Below, one piece after another: positions 38,179 through 46,781 of a stretch of 64,000 nt of DNA. A model generated the notes under the pieces. It did no database searches, was not told the origin of the DNA, and saw nothing but the letters and a program-made list of their open reading frames with translations. The DNA comes from Candidatus Aenigmarchaeota archaeon LH_S7 (lineage in GTDB: Archaea > Aenigmatarchaeota > Aenigmatarchaeia > QMZS01). The stretch lies in assembly GCA_023659895.1 (NCBI GenBank), contig JAGXOL010000001.1:15757-79756 (forward strand), read 5' to 3'. A program made the position numbers and the translations under genes. How positions within the stretch are numbered: position 1 is the first letter of the stretch; each line of letters starts with the position of its first letter.

Positions 38179-39384
38179 TTAATTTCTTTTAGCTATTTTC
38201 CATCTAACTAAAAGGTGAGAGAGAAGGAAAGGTACCATGAAGCTGAATATTATTGAGGACCAAAGAATTGTTGAAAATAATAATCCACTTATAACACCAG
38301 ATTTGTATAGTATTGTTATTATTACAATAGAGGTACTAAATCTCACTGAAAGACCAATTCCTAGACAAATGGATTGTTTAGCTCCAAGGATTTTCCTTCC
38401 AGTTAAATAAGAGGCAAATATTTTTGCTGAGTTTGCAAATAAAACAAGTAAAACAACCATCCAAAGATTGAATTGCTCTGGGTGTGTTGAAACCCCTACC
38501 CAAACAAAGAAGATTGGACCAAAGAGGCCATAGCCAACAGATTTTAATTCAGATTCCATCAATTTTAATCTTTTATGAGGTATGAAATTTTTTATTGCAA
38601 TTCCAGCAAGTATTGCTCCTAAAGCAGCAGCTCCTGTGAGCTTGCCTATTCCAACAAAAAGGAAAAATATGGACATTGCAAGAAGGAAAAGAAGTTCAAC
38701 ATCAGGAAATTTTAGTTTGTCTTTTTTATTTTTTTTCATTGTTCTTAGACCATATACTAGAGAAAACATTAACATCAGTGAGAGAAAAGTGGTCCAGATA
38801 TTAATGTGTTGTTCTCCTGCAGTTATCCCTAAAAACAAGACCACTAATATTATAACAAAGAGTTCTATTATATCATCCAAAACACCTATTCCAATAATAG
38901 CTTGACCAAGTTTTCTTCTGAATAAGTTGAATTCATCTAAAATAGGGACAAGGAAAGCCTCTCCTACAGTGGCAAAGGACAAGGCAATTATTATTGAAAG
39001 AAATAAGGGATGTATGGTTGTGGAGAGAAATAATTGGTTAAGAGGTACAAAAAAAGGGAATATGAAGTAAATGAGGATTGTTCCAGTTACTGTTTCAAAT
39101 AAGACTATAAAAAGTGTTGATTTTGCGATCCAGTTTCCTTTTTTAGATACCTTATTTAGATTAATTTCAAAACCTATGAGAAAAAGCATGAAATACATTC
39201 CCAAATAGCCCAGAAACTCGAAAGTGGAGGACTGAGTTATAGACTGGAAAGGGTTTAAAATCGTTAGTATAATTCCAAAGATAAAAGCTGCGAAAATCCA
39301 GGGAATCCGGATTTTCTCCAGAATTTTTCCTATAGCAAAGGTAAACAAGAAAATGAAGCCTAAAAATATGAATATTGTTATCAT
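38179..39384 (-). CDS. cation:proton antiporter (CPA/NhaP-KefB-like) membrane transporter
   Basis: 401 aa, 10-12 TM helices, Na+/H+ exchanger-like composition. Confidence 0.55.
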   Translation of the reverse strand: MITIFIFLGFIFLFTFAIGKILEKIRIPWIFAAFIFGIILTILNPFQSITQSSTFEFLGYLGMYFMLFLIGFEINLNKVSKKGNWIAKSTLFIVLFETVTGTILIYFIFPFFVPLNQLFLSTTIHPLFLSIIIALSFATVGEAFLVPILDEFNLFRRKLGQAIIGIGVLDDIIELFVIILVVLFLGITAGEQHINIWTTFLSLMLMFSLVYGLRTMKKNKKDKLKFPDVELLFLLAMSIFFLFVGIGKLTGAAALGAILAGIAIKNFIPHKRLKLMESELKSVGYGLFGPIFFVWVGVSTHPEQFNLWMVVLLVLFANSAKIFASYLTGRKILGAKQSICLGIGLSVRFSTSIVIITILYKSGVISGLLFSTILWSSIIFSFMVPFLLSHLLVRWKIAKRN

Positions 39385-39479
39385 AAATAACCTTTCTCAG
39401 TATATTAAAATTAGGTATTATAACAGTGTTATATTAAAAACAAATTTATTTATTTATACATTATTTATGGTGAAAAAAA

Positions 39480-40628
39480 ATGGGAAAAATTACGGAAAAC
39501 GCAAAATATATTATCAAGCTTACCTTAGAAGCAGATTCTTTAGTGGAAAGACCTGATATTATAGGAGCAATTTTTGGTCAGACTGAAGGCCTTCTCGGCC
39601 AAGATATGGATTTAAAAGAGCTTCAGGAATCTGGAAGATTAGGTAGGATTGATATAATTTTTAAAGACACGAAAGGAGGAAAAATAAAAGCAGACATCAT
39701 AATACCTTCAAATCTATCTGCCTCAGAAACATCTTTATTGGCAGCATCCTTTGAAACAATTGATAAGATTGGATATACGAACGCAAAAATCAAATTGCAA
39801 GATGTTGAGGATGTAAGAGACAAGAAAAGATCTTTCATAGAGCAAAGAAGCAAGGAGATTCTAAACAAGTTTTATAGCAAAGCACCTGACACACGCGAAA
39901 CATTGGAGAAGGTTGAGAAAGACATGAAACAAAAGGAAATAAAAAATTATAATGGACTAACAAGTGGACCAGAAGTAGATTCTTCAAATGAAATAATCCT
40001 TGTTGAAGGAAGAGCAGATGTAATCAATTTAGTTAGATATGGAATAAAAAATGCAATAGAAGTTGGTGGTAGCAATGTTTCCCCACACATAAAAAATTTA
40101 GCAAATAAAAAACAAGTCACAATTTTCTTAGACGGAGACAGAGGGGGAGATTTGATCTATAAAAGATTAAAACAAGAAATAAAAATAGATAATGTAGCGA
40201 GGGCTCCTGATGGAAAAGAAGTGGAAGAATTAACAAAGAAAGAGATTTTGCAGTCATTGAAGCACAAAAAAGCTGAATCAGAAGAGACCAAAAAAACAGA
40301 AGGAGAAGGAACACAAAAACAAGAAACAAGAAGATTACCAGAAGACTTCAAGAAAAAGATAGGTCCTGTTATCAAGGAGATGCTAGGGACAAAAGAAATA
40401 AAATTCCTGGACTCAAATTTGAAGGAAGTTCACAAAGCAACTTATGACGAATTATCCAATCTCCTAAAAACAGCAGACTTAGATAATGTTGTTGCAATTG
40501 TAATGGATGGAAAACTAACTAATGAACTTGCAGAACAGATGGAAAACAAAGGAATCCAAGCAGTGGTTTGCTTTGACAAGGATAGATTTAAAACTAAAAT
40601 GAAGGTTTATGGAATACATGATTTTTAA
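39480..40628 (+). CDS. dnaG: archaeal DnaG-like primase (Toprim domain)
   Basis: Toprim motifs ILVEGRADVINL and FLDGDRGGDL. Confidence 0.8.
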   Translation: MGKITENAKYIIKLTLEADSLVERPDIIGAIFGQTEGLLGQDMDLKELQESGRLGRIDIIFKDTKGGKIKADIIIPSNLSASETSLLAASFETIDKIGYTNAKIKLQDVEDVRDKKRSFIEQRSKEILNKFYSKAPDTRETLEKVEKDMKQKEIKNYNGLTSGPEVDSSNEIILVEGRADVINLVRYGIKNAIEVGGSNVSPHIKNLANKKQVTIFLDGDRGGDLIYKRLKQEIKIDNVARAPDGKEVEELTKKEILQSLKHKKAESEETKKTEGEGTQKQETRRLPEDFKKKIGPVIKEMLGTKEIKFLDSNLKEVHKATYDELSNLLKTADLDNVVAIVMDGKLTNELAEQMENKGIQAVVCFDKDRFKTKMKVYGIHDF

Positions 40629-40638
40629 TTTTTTATTA

Positions 40639-41418
40639 TTATTTTGGCAAAATCATAAAACTTTTAGACTTGATAATCTTCACATCATAATTCAAAGTTA
40701 TTTTGAATCTTTTTTCTTCAATTTTGTTTACATGTCCACTTGGAAACTCACAAGATATTGTATCAGATGTATCTATTTCACATTTATTATTCAGGATTTC
40801 ATTATTTAAATTTAAGCTTACACTCGTTAAATTTAAGATTCCTCCTACTTTAGAGTTAACTTCCATATTTGCATAAGCTGCTCCTTCTTCAAAGGAAGGA
40901 ACCTCAAAAGGAGGGTTTTTGTTTAACTCAACATTAATACTCACAAGATTATCAGAAAAAGGATAGGTTTTTGGGTCTTTTGGAATAGGATTCCCTCCTT
41001 GTTCTCTTTTTCTTAAATAATCAGGCTCACCAAATTTTATAGGAACATAGAACTCAAATTCCCTAGATATACTTGTTTCCACGCTCACTGTTGAACTGAT
41101 TTCTTTGTCAACACTAGGAGCACTTAATTTCCATTCCAAAGTCTCTTTCTGTAAACCTGAAAGCTCTGTATCACTAGGTCCTTCTGTAACATCAAACATA
41201 CCAGGACTCATTATATTTGTTTCAATATCATACTCTTCATTTTTATCTAGATTATCCAAAACCAAATAAAGATAAGTTGTATCATCAGATTTTACATCGG
41301 TCAGATCAGACTCTAAAGAAATGGTTAATGGCTCTATATTATTAGAGGAAGGTTCCCAGAGAGTACAACCTGAAATGAATACTAATGCGAACAATAACAA
41401 AAAGATTAAATATCTCAT
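40639..41418 (-). CDS. secreted/lipoprotein-like hypothetical protein
   Basis: Signal peptide MRYLIFLLLFALVFISGC then hydrophilic Ser/Thr-rich domain. Confidence 0.4.
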   Translation of the reverse strand: MRYLIFLLLFALVFISGCTLWEPSSNNIEPLTISLESDLTDVKSDDTTYLYLVLDNLDKNEEYDIETNIMSPGMFDVTEGPSDTELSGLQKETLEWKLSAPSVDKEISSTVSVETSISREFEFYVPIKFGEPDYLRKREQGGNPIPKDPKTYPFSDNLVSINVELNKNPPFEVPSFEEGAAYANMEVNSKVGGILNLTSVSLNLNNEILNNKCEIDTSDTISCEFPSGHVNKIEEKRFKITLNYDVKIIKSKSFMILPK

Positions 41419-41446
41419 ATTTTAATTTATTTTAATAATTATAATA

Positions 41447-42490
41447 ATGGACACAGAATTATTGAAGAAGCTATGTGAAACAAATGGTGTATCAGGATTT
41501 GAAGGAAATGTTAGAGAAACTATAAAGAAAGAGATTTCCAAGTGTGTTGATTCCATTGAAGAGGATGTTCTAGGCAATTTGATTGCCCTGAAAAAGGGAA
41601 CCGGAAAGAAAAGAAAGAAGATTGCTCTTTTTGCACACATGGATGAGGTAGGACTTTTTATAAAACATATCGACAAAGAAGGTTTTATTTATCCATCACC
41701 AACATCTAGCATAGATCCTGAAATATTGCTTGGAAGAGATGTTTTTATAAAAACAAGGAAAGGTTTAGTTGAAGGAGCTTTTGGATACAAACCTGTACAC
41801 ATGCAAAGAGATGAGGATAGCAAGAAAAAAACTGAATACAAGAATTTATTCTTAGATATAGGTGTAAAAGACAAGAAAGAGGTTGATAAATTAGGTATAG
41901 AGCTAGGAATGCCAATGTTTTTTAAACAAACTTTTTCTGAGCTAGGAAAAAATTATATTAAGAGCAAAACACTAGATAATAGAGTAGGTTGTTATGTTTT
42001 AATACAGCTTTTAAAAGAATTAAAATTGAAAGATGATTTGTATTTCGTGTTTTCAGTCCAGGAAGAAGTTGGATTAAAAGGGGCAAGAGTAGCAACTTAC
42101 AAAATAAATCCAGATTTTGCTATTATTTGTGATACAGGAGGTTCAGGAGATACTCCTGGAGTGGATGAAAAAGAATCTAATCTTTGTTTAGGAAAAGGAC
42201 CTATTTTAGTTGCAGTTGAAGCTAGTGGAAAAGGTGCTATTATGAAAGAAGAAATAAAGAATGAGATGATAAGAGTTGCGAAAAAACATAAGATCCCTTA
42301 TCAAATAGAGGTTTCTACAGGAAGCGCTACAGAAAATACAATTATACAGTTAGTAAAAGAAGGTATTAATACAGCTGGTTTAGGCATTCCTTGCAGATAT
42401 TGTCATAGCCCTGTGGAAGTAGCAAATAAGAAGGATATTGAGAATTCTACAAAACTTGCCAAGTTGTTTTTAAAAGAATTGAAATTATAA
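41447..42490 (+). CDS. M42 family aminopeptidase (TET/FrvX-like)
   Basis: 347 aa; FAHMDEVG, DNRVGC and related M42 co-catalytic metal motifs. Confidence 0.8.
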   Translation: MDTELLKKLCETNGVSGFEGNVRETIKKEISKCVDSIEEDVLGNLIALKKGTGKKRKKIALFAHMDEVGLFIKHIDKEGFIYPSPTSSIDPEILLGRDVFIKTRKGLVEGAFGYKPVHMQRDEDSKKKTEYKNLFLDIGVKDKKEVDKLGIELGMPMFFKQTFSELGKNYIKSKTLDNRVGCYVLIQLLKELKLKDDLYFVFSVQEEVGLKGARVATYKINPDFAIICDTGGSGDTPGVDEKESNLCLGKGPILVAVEASGKGAIMKEEIKNEMIRVAKKHKIPYQIEVSTGSATENTIIQLVKEGINTAGLGIPCRYCHSPVEVANKKDIENSTKLAKLFLKELKL

Positions 42491-42511
42491 TTATATGAAA
42501 TATTAGTATGT

Positions 42512-42913
42512 TTATCTTTTAAGGTTTCTTCCAATCTTTAACCATAATCGCATAAAAAACTGAGGATGGTTATATTCAGAATTAGGATCAATATCTTTAA
42601 GCCAACCTACTTTTTTGAATCCTTGTTTTTTATAGTATCTAATTGCTTTGTTGTTTTTTGAATCTTTTGTACCCAAATGTATCGCAGGAATTTTTTTTCC
42701 TTGCAAAACTTAACCAGTTTTCTATTAGTGCTGTTCTATAACCTTTCCTTTGAAACTCTTTTTTAACTGCTAATTCTTCAATAAAAATTTCTTTATTTTT
42801 GATTTTTTCATCAAAGAATTTGGAATATCTTTTATATCAATACTAGGAAAAGCTTCTTTTTGAGTATTTAAATATTCTTTCTTATCTTTTGGCTTCCCAG
42901 TTCTAATTCTCAT
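42512..42913 (-). pseudogene. GNAT N-acetyltransferase broken by two frameshifts in A/T homopolymers
   Basis: Three consecutive frames give MRIRTGKPKDKKEYLNTQKEAFP..., ...EFQRKGYRTALIENWLSFARKKN (motif A), ...NNKAIRYYKKQGFKKVG (motif B); shifts near T8 at 42691-42698 and A/T runs at 42759-42810. Confidence 0.55.
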
Positions 42914-42984
42914 ACTAAATACTCCAATTTTCTATAAATATCGCTCTAAAACCAAAAATAATTTATAAATTTATTATTAATATT

Positions 42985-43737
42985 ATGTTCAAAGCAGTTT
43001 TAGATGATGTGAGCTTATTGAAGGAAAGTTTTAATGCTATTGCGGAAATAGTGGATGAGGGCAATTTTAACATAAAAAAGGATGGAATTTCCCTTGTTTG
43101 CCCTGACAGAGCAGTTATAGCAATGGTGGACTTCATGATTCTTCCTACAGCTTTTGAAAGTTATAATTGCGATAAAGAGGTAGAAATTGGCTTAAATATC
43201 CCTAGAATGTTGCAATTCATAAGGAGAGCTAAGCCAGATGACAAGCTAATCATGGCTTTGGATGAGGAAGAAGACCGCTTTGAGTTGACTTTAGAGGGTT
43301 CAACAACAAGGAAATTTGCTATGCCTATAATTTCCACACCTCAACAGGAAACACAAGACATGAGCAAGTTCAATTTTGAGAACTCTATGGAGTTAGACCC
43401 TGGAATTTTGAAAGAGGGAGTGGAAAATGCTGCTATGATATCAGATTCAATTACCATGAAATTAACTGAAGACACTTTGATCTTGAAATCAGAAGGAGAT
43501 TCAAGTTATACCCAATCAAAAGCAAACGCGGACAACCCAAAAATTTACTCTCTTAACGCCAAGGGAGAAGCACTTTCAAGATATTCTATAGAATATTTGA
43601 GCAAAATGTTAAAGGCGAGCAAGTTGGCTGACAAACTAAAAGTTGAGTTTAACAAGGATTATCCTTTACACTTGGAATTCATGATTAAAGACAAGGTAAA
43701 GCTAGGATTCATTTTGGCACCAAGGATTGAGGAATAA
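42985..43737 (+). CDS. pcn: DNA sliding clamp PCNA
   Basis: 250 aa, N-term MFKAVLDDVSLLKESFNAIAEIVDE, two-domain PCNA pattern. Confidence 0.85.
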   Translation: MFKAVLDDVSLLKESFNAIAEIVDEGNFNIKKDGISLVCPDRAVIAMVDFMILPTAFESYNCDKEVEIGLNIPRMLQFIRRAKPDDKLIMALDEEEDRFELTLEGSTTRKFAMPIISTPQQETQDMSKFNFENSMELDPGILKEGVENAAMISDSITMKLTEDTLILKSEGDSSYTQSKANADNPKIYSLNAKGEALSRYSIEYLSKMLKASKLADKLKVEFNKDYPLHLEFMIKDKVKLGFILAPRIEE

Positions 43738-43991
43738 CTCAATCTGCCTTAAAGTCCCTATCAGGGTTTTTTGATACTCCTTTATAATATCATCATACTT
43801 TCCTTCCTTGTATCTTTTTTCTGCTAAATATCCTCCGGTGTAGAGTATTAATTTGTTTTTAAATTTTAAATAACCTTCTAAAATTATCTCTACTTTTATT
43901 GATCCCAAAATTTCATAAACTTAATTCTGGTTGTCCTAGCCCTTATTAACATAAGCTAACAAAGACTTTAAAGAAAAATTTTCATATTATT

Positions 43992-44786
43992 ATGAACGAA
44001 AAAATTAGAGAATTTTTTAGACCAACTAAAAGAAAATTGTTGTTTACTTTTCTATTAGCAGTAGCAATGATAGTTGAATTTTTTTTATTGACCTTTATAA
44101 ATTCTTCTATTTGTCCGAATATAGAATTGGGGGATACTACAATAACCTCGTACTCTTTAATTCTAGCTATTTTACACTACACATTTTATATACCAGAAAT
44201 TTTAATAACTTATCCTTCAATTGTTACTGCAGTGGGTTATATTCTTTCTATATCTTTAGTGGTGATTTATAGTTATCTTCTTATTTGTTTATTTTCTAAT
44301 GTTTATAAATATTTCAGAGGTAAAGTCTCAAAAATATTTATATTGGCAATTCTCCTAATGTTATTCTTGCCTATTCCTATAACCGAACATCATCGTCCTT
44401 GTCGTATAGAACCTATGAGAATGGATAAAATGCTACAAAATTTCAATATTCCACAAGCTTATGAATGTGAAAGTAACAAAATATGCTTTGAGTTAAGAGC
44501 TTATACAAGGAATAGCATGGATATGCCAGTAAATGATAGTGCTATATCTGTGTTCATAGATAACAAACCTAAAGCTTTAGGTTATTGGGATGGAGGAACA
44601 GTAGGAATAGCTTGTAAAAGTGGTGTACAATTGTCACCAAAAGAAAGTTGTTTTGGATATGTAAATGTAAGTTCTTGTAAACCAGGAGAAAATCACAGTT
44701 TAAAAGTTGCACATAAGTGGAGAGGAGGAGGACCAGGAATTACAGTAGAATGTGGATTACCCAAACAAAAAAACCATGAAAATTAA
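43992..44786 (+). CDS. membrane/secreted hypothetical protein
   Basis: N-terminal TM helices then Cys-containing extracellular domain. Confidence 0.35.
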   Translation: MNEKIREFFRPTKRKLLFTFLLAVAMIVEFFLLTFINSSICPNIELGDTTITSYSLILAILHYTFYIPEILITYPSIVTAVGYILSISLVVIYSYLLICLFSNVYKYFRGKVSKIFILAILLMLFLPIPITEHHRPCRIEPMRMDKMLQNFNIPQAYECESNKICFELRAYTRNSMDMPVNDSAISVFIDNKPKALGYWDGGTVGIACKSGVQLSPKESCFGYVNVSSCKPGENHSLKVAHKWRGGGPGITVECGLPKQKNHEN

Positions 44787-45219
44787 TAGCTCTGCTTTTA
44801 AAAACTATCAACTTATCCCTAAAAAACATACCTGTGATGGAAAAAACATTAATCCCCCTTTCCAGATTGGTGGTGTTCCCGAAAAGGCAAAAAGCTTGGT
44901 ATTTATTGTTGATGATCCTGATGCCCCCACCGGCACTTTTGATCATTGGATAGTGTGGAACATTGACCCTTCAATCTCCTCAATCCAAGAAAACAGCTTG
45001 CCAGAAGGAGGTGTGGAGGGTTTGAATGATTTTGGGAAAAGTTCCTATGGTGGCCCTTGTCCACCACCTTCCGAAACCCATCATTATCATTTCAAGGTTT
45101 ATGCTTTGGATACTGAATTAAATTTGGCTTCTTCTTCAAACAGAGAAACTGTTGCACAAGCAATGGAAGGCCATATTTTAGATTGGGCAGAATTAGTTAG
45201 ACTTTATCGCCGAGAGTGA
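44752..45219 (+). CDS. PEBP/YbhB-YbcL family protein
   Basis: DDPDAPTGTFDHW and HHYHFKVYALD motifs. Confidence 0.7.
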   Translation: MDYPNKKTMKINSSAFKNYQLIPKKHTCDGKNINPPFQIGGVPEKAKSLVFIVDDPDAPTGTFDHWIVWNIDPSISSIQENSLPEGGVEGLNDFGKSSYGGPCPPPSETHHYHFKVYALDTELNLASSSNRETVAQAMEGHILDWAELVRLYRRE

Positions 45220-45243
45220 AAAATTATTTAATGGATAAACATT

Positions 45244-46044
45244 ATGCCAGAACTTCCTGATGTAGAATTTTTTAAAGAATACTTTAAGGATAACAGTCTT
45301 CATAAGAAGATTATTAATATTGAATGTGAAGATAAGACTTTGATTAAAAACGTAGATTTTCGAGATTTCAAAAAAAGTTTAATAAGAAAAAGTTTTAGGG
45401 ATGCTTGGCGAATAGGAAAATTTTTGATTGCTGAGATAAAAGGAATATCCGAAAACTTGATAATTCATTTTGGAATGACTGGGAGCTTGCATTATGTAAA
45501 ACAAGGAGAAGAAAGAAAAAGGAGGGATAGGTTTACCCGACTTTGTTTCAGATTTGCTAATGGTTATGAGCTAAGGTGGATAAACATAAGAAGATTAGGC
45601 AAGATTTACTTAACAAAACCCCAAAATATAAAATTGATTGAAGAGATGGGACCGGAGCCATTACAACTCTCCCAACAGGAATTTTTGAGACTATTGACAA
45701 ATCATGAACTAAAAAATATCAAAGCATTTTTGATGGATCAAAGGAATATCGCTGGCATTGGAAATGTGTATTCAGACGAGATATTATTCCAAGCTAGAAT
45801 CAATCCTCATCGAAAAATTGAGGATTTGACCCAAAGACAGAAAAAAATCTTGTTTCAGAAGATATACCAGGTTTTAACTGAAGCCACAAAAATATTAACT
45901 TTTTACCGAGCATTTCCTAAATCTTGGTTAGAGCCCCATCGCCATACCAATGATTTGATTTGCCCCCGAAACAAAAACCACAAATTGAAGAGAGAAACCA
46001 TTGCTGGGAGGTCGGCCATTTTTTGTCCCCTCTGTCAAACTTAA
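45244..46044 (+). CDS. Fpg/Nei family DNA glycosylase/AP lyase
   Basis: N-terminal MPELPDVE (catalytic Pro2/Glu3), H2TH region, C-terminal zinc finger CPRNKNH...CPLCQ. Confidence 0.8.
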   Translation: MPELPDVEFFKEYFKDNSLHKKIINIECEDKTLIKNVDFRDFKKSLIRKSFRDAWRIGKFLIAEIKGISENLIIHFGMTGSLHYVKQGEERKRRDRFTRLCFRFANGYELRWINIRRLGKIYLTKPQNIKLIEEMGPEPLQLSQQEFLRLLTNHELKNIKAFLMDQRNIAGIGNVYSDEILFQARINPHRKIEDLTQRQKKILFQKIYQVLTEATKILTFYRAFPKSWLEPHRHTNDLICPRNKNHKLKRETIAGRSAIFCPLCQT

Positions 46045-46067
46045 TTTTTCAGAAATTCTTTGGAAAT

Positions 46068-46703
46068 ATGAACAAAAGAAAAACAAGGAATACTTTGGAG
46101 AGGATATATAGAGAGCTTAAAAGAAAATATGGAAAACCTAGGGGACAATGGGTGATGTGGTGTAAAAGACCAAAAACTGAGCGAGAAAGAGAGGAAGTAA
46201 TAATTGGAGCTGTTTTAACCCAGAGAACAAACTGGGTTAATGTAAAATCAGCCTTAAATAACTTGAAGAATGCGAAGGTTTGTTCTCTTAAAGGTATTTA
46301 TAAATTAAATATTGAAGAGTTATCGGTTTTGATTAAACCTTCAGGTTTCTACCAAGCCAAGGCCAATTATCTTTTCTATTTGATTGATTTCATTCTCAAT
46401 AATTATAGTGGACTGAAAAAGCTTAAAGGAATAAATCTTAAAAAACTCAGAGAACAATTGTTAAGTTTAAAAGGTATTGGACCAGAAACAGCTGATAGTA
46501 TTCTACTTTATGCTTTGGATAAATCTGTTTTTGTTATTGATGAATATACCCGCCGCTTGGTTAAAAAAAGAAATTTGAGTGAAAATTTATCTTACACATT
46601 TTTGCAAAAATTGTTTGAGGAAAATTTAAAAAAAGATTTCCGATTATATCAAGATTTTCATGCTTTGATTGTAATGGATGGCAAAAACAAAACATCCAAA
46701 TAG
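46068..46703 (+). CDS. HhH-GPD superfamily DNA glycosylase (endonuclease III-like); listed ORF over-extended at 5'
   Basis: LLSLKGIGPETADSILLYAL...VIDEYTRRL helix-hairpin-helix GPD motif; start at MNKRKTRNTLERIY. Confidence 0.7.
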   Translation: MNKRKTRNTLERIYRELKRKYGKPRGQWVMWCKRPKTEREREEVIIGAVLTQRTNWVNVKSALNNLKNAKVCSLKGIYKLNIEELSVLIKPSGFYQAKANYLFYLIDFILNNYSGLKKLKGINLKKLREQLLSLKGIGPETADSILLYALDKSVFVIDEYTRRLVKKRNLSENLSYTFLQKLFEENLKKDFRLYQDFHALIVMDGKNKTSK

Positions 46704-46781
46704 ATTAGAAAGAATAATAAACATATTTACTTGGAAAATTCTTTGACCAAAATAAACTATTACAATTATTATAGATAGTCA

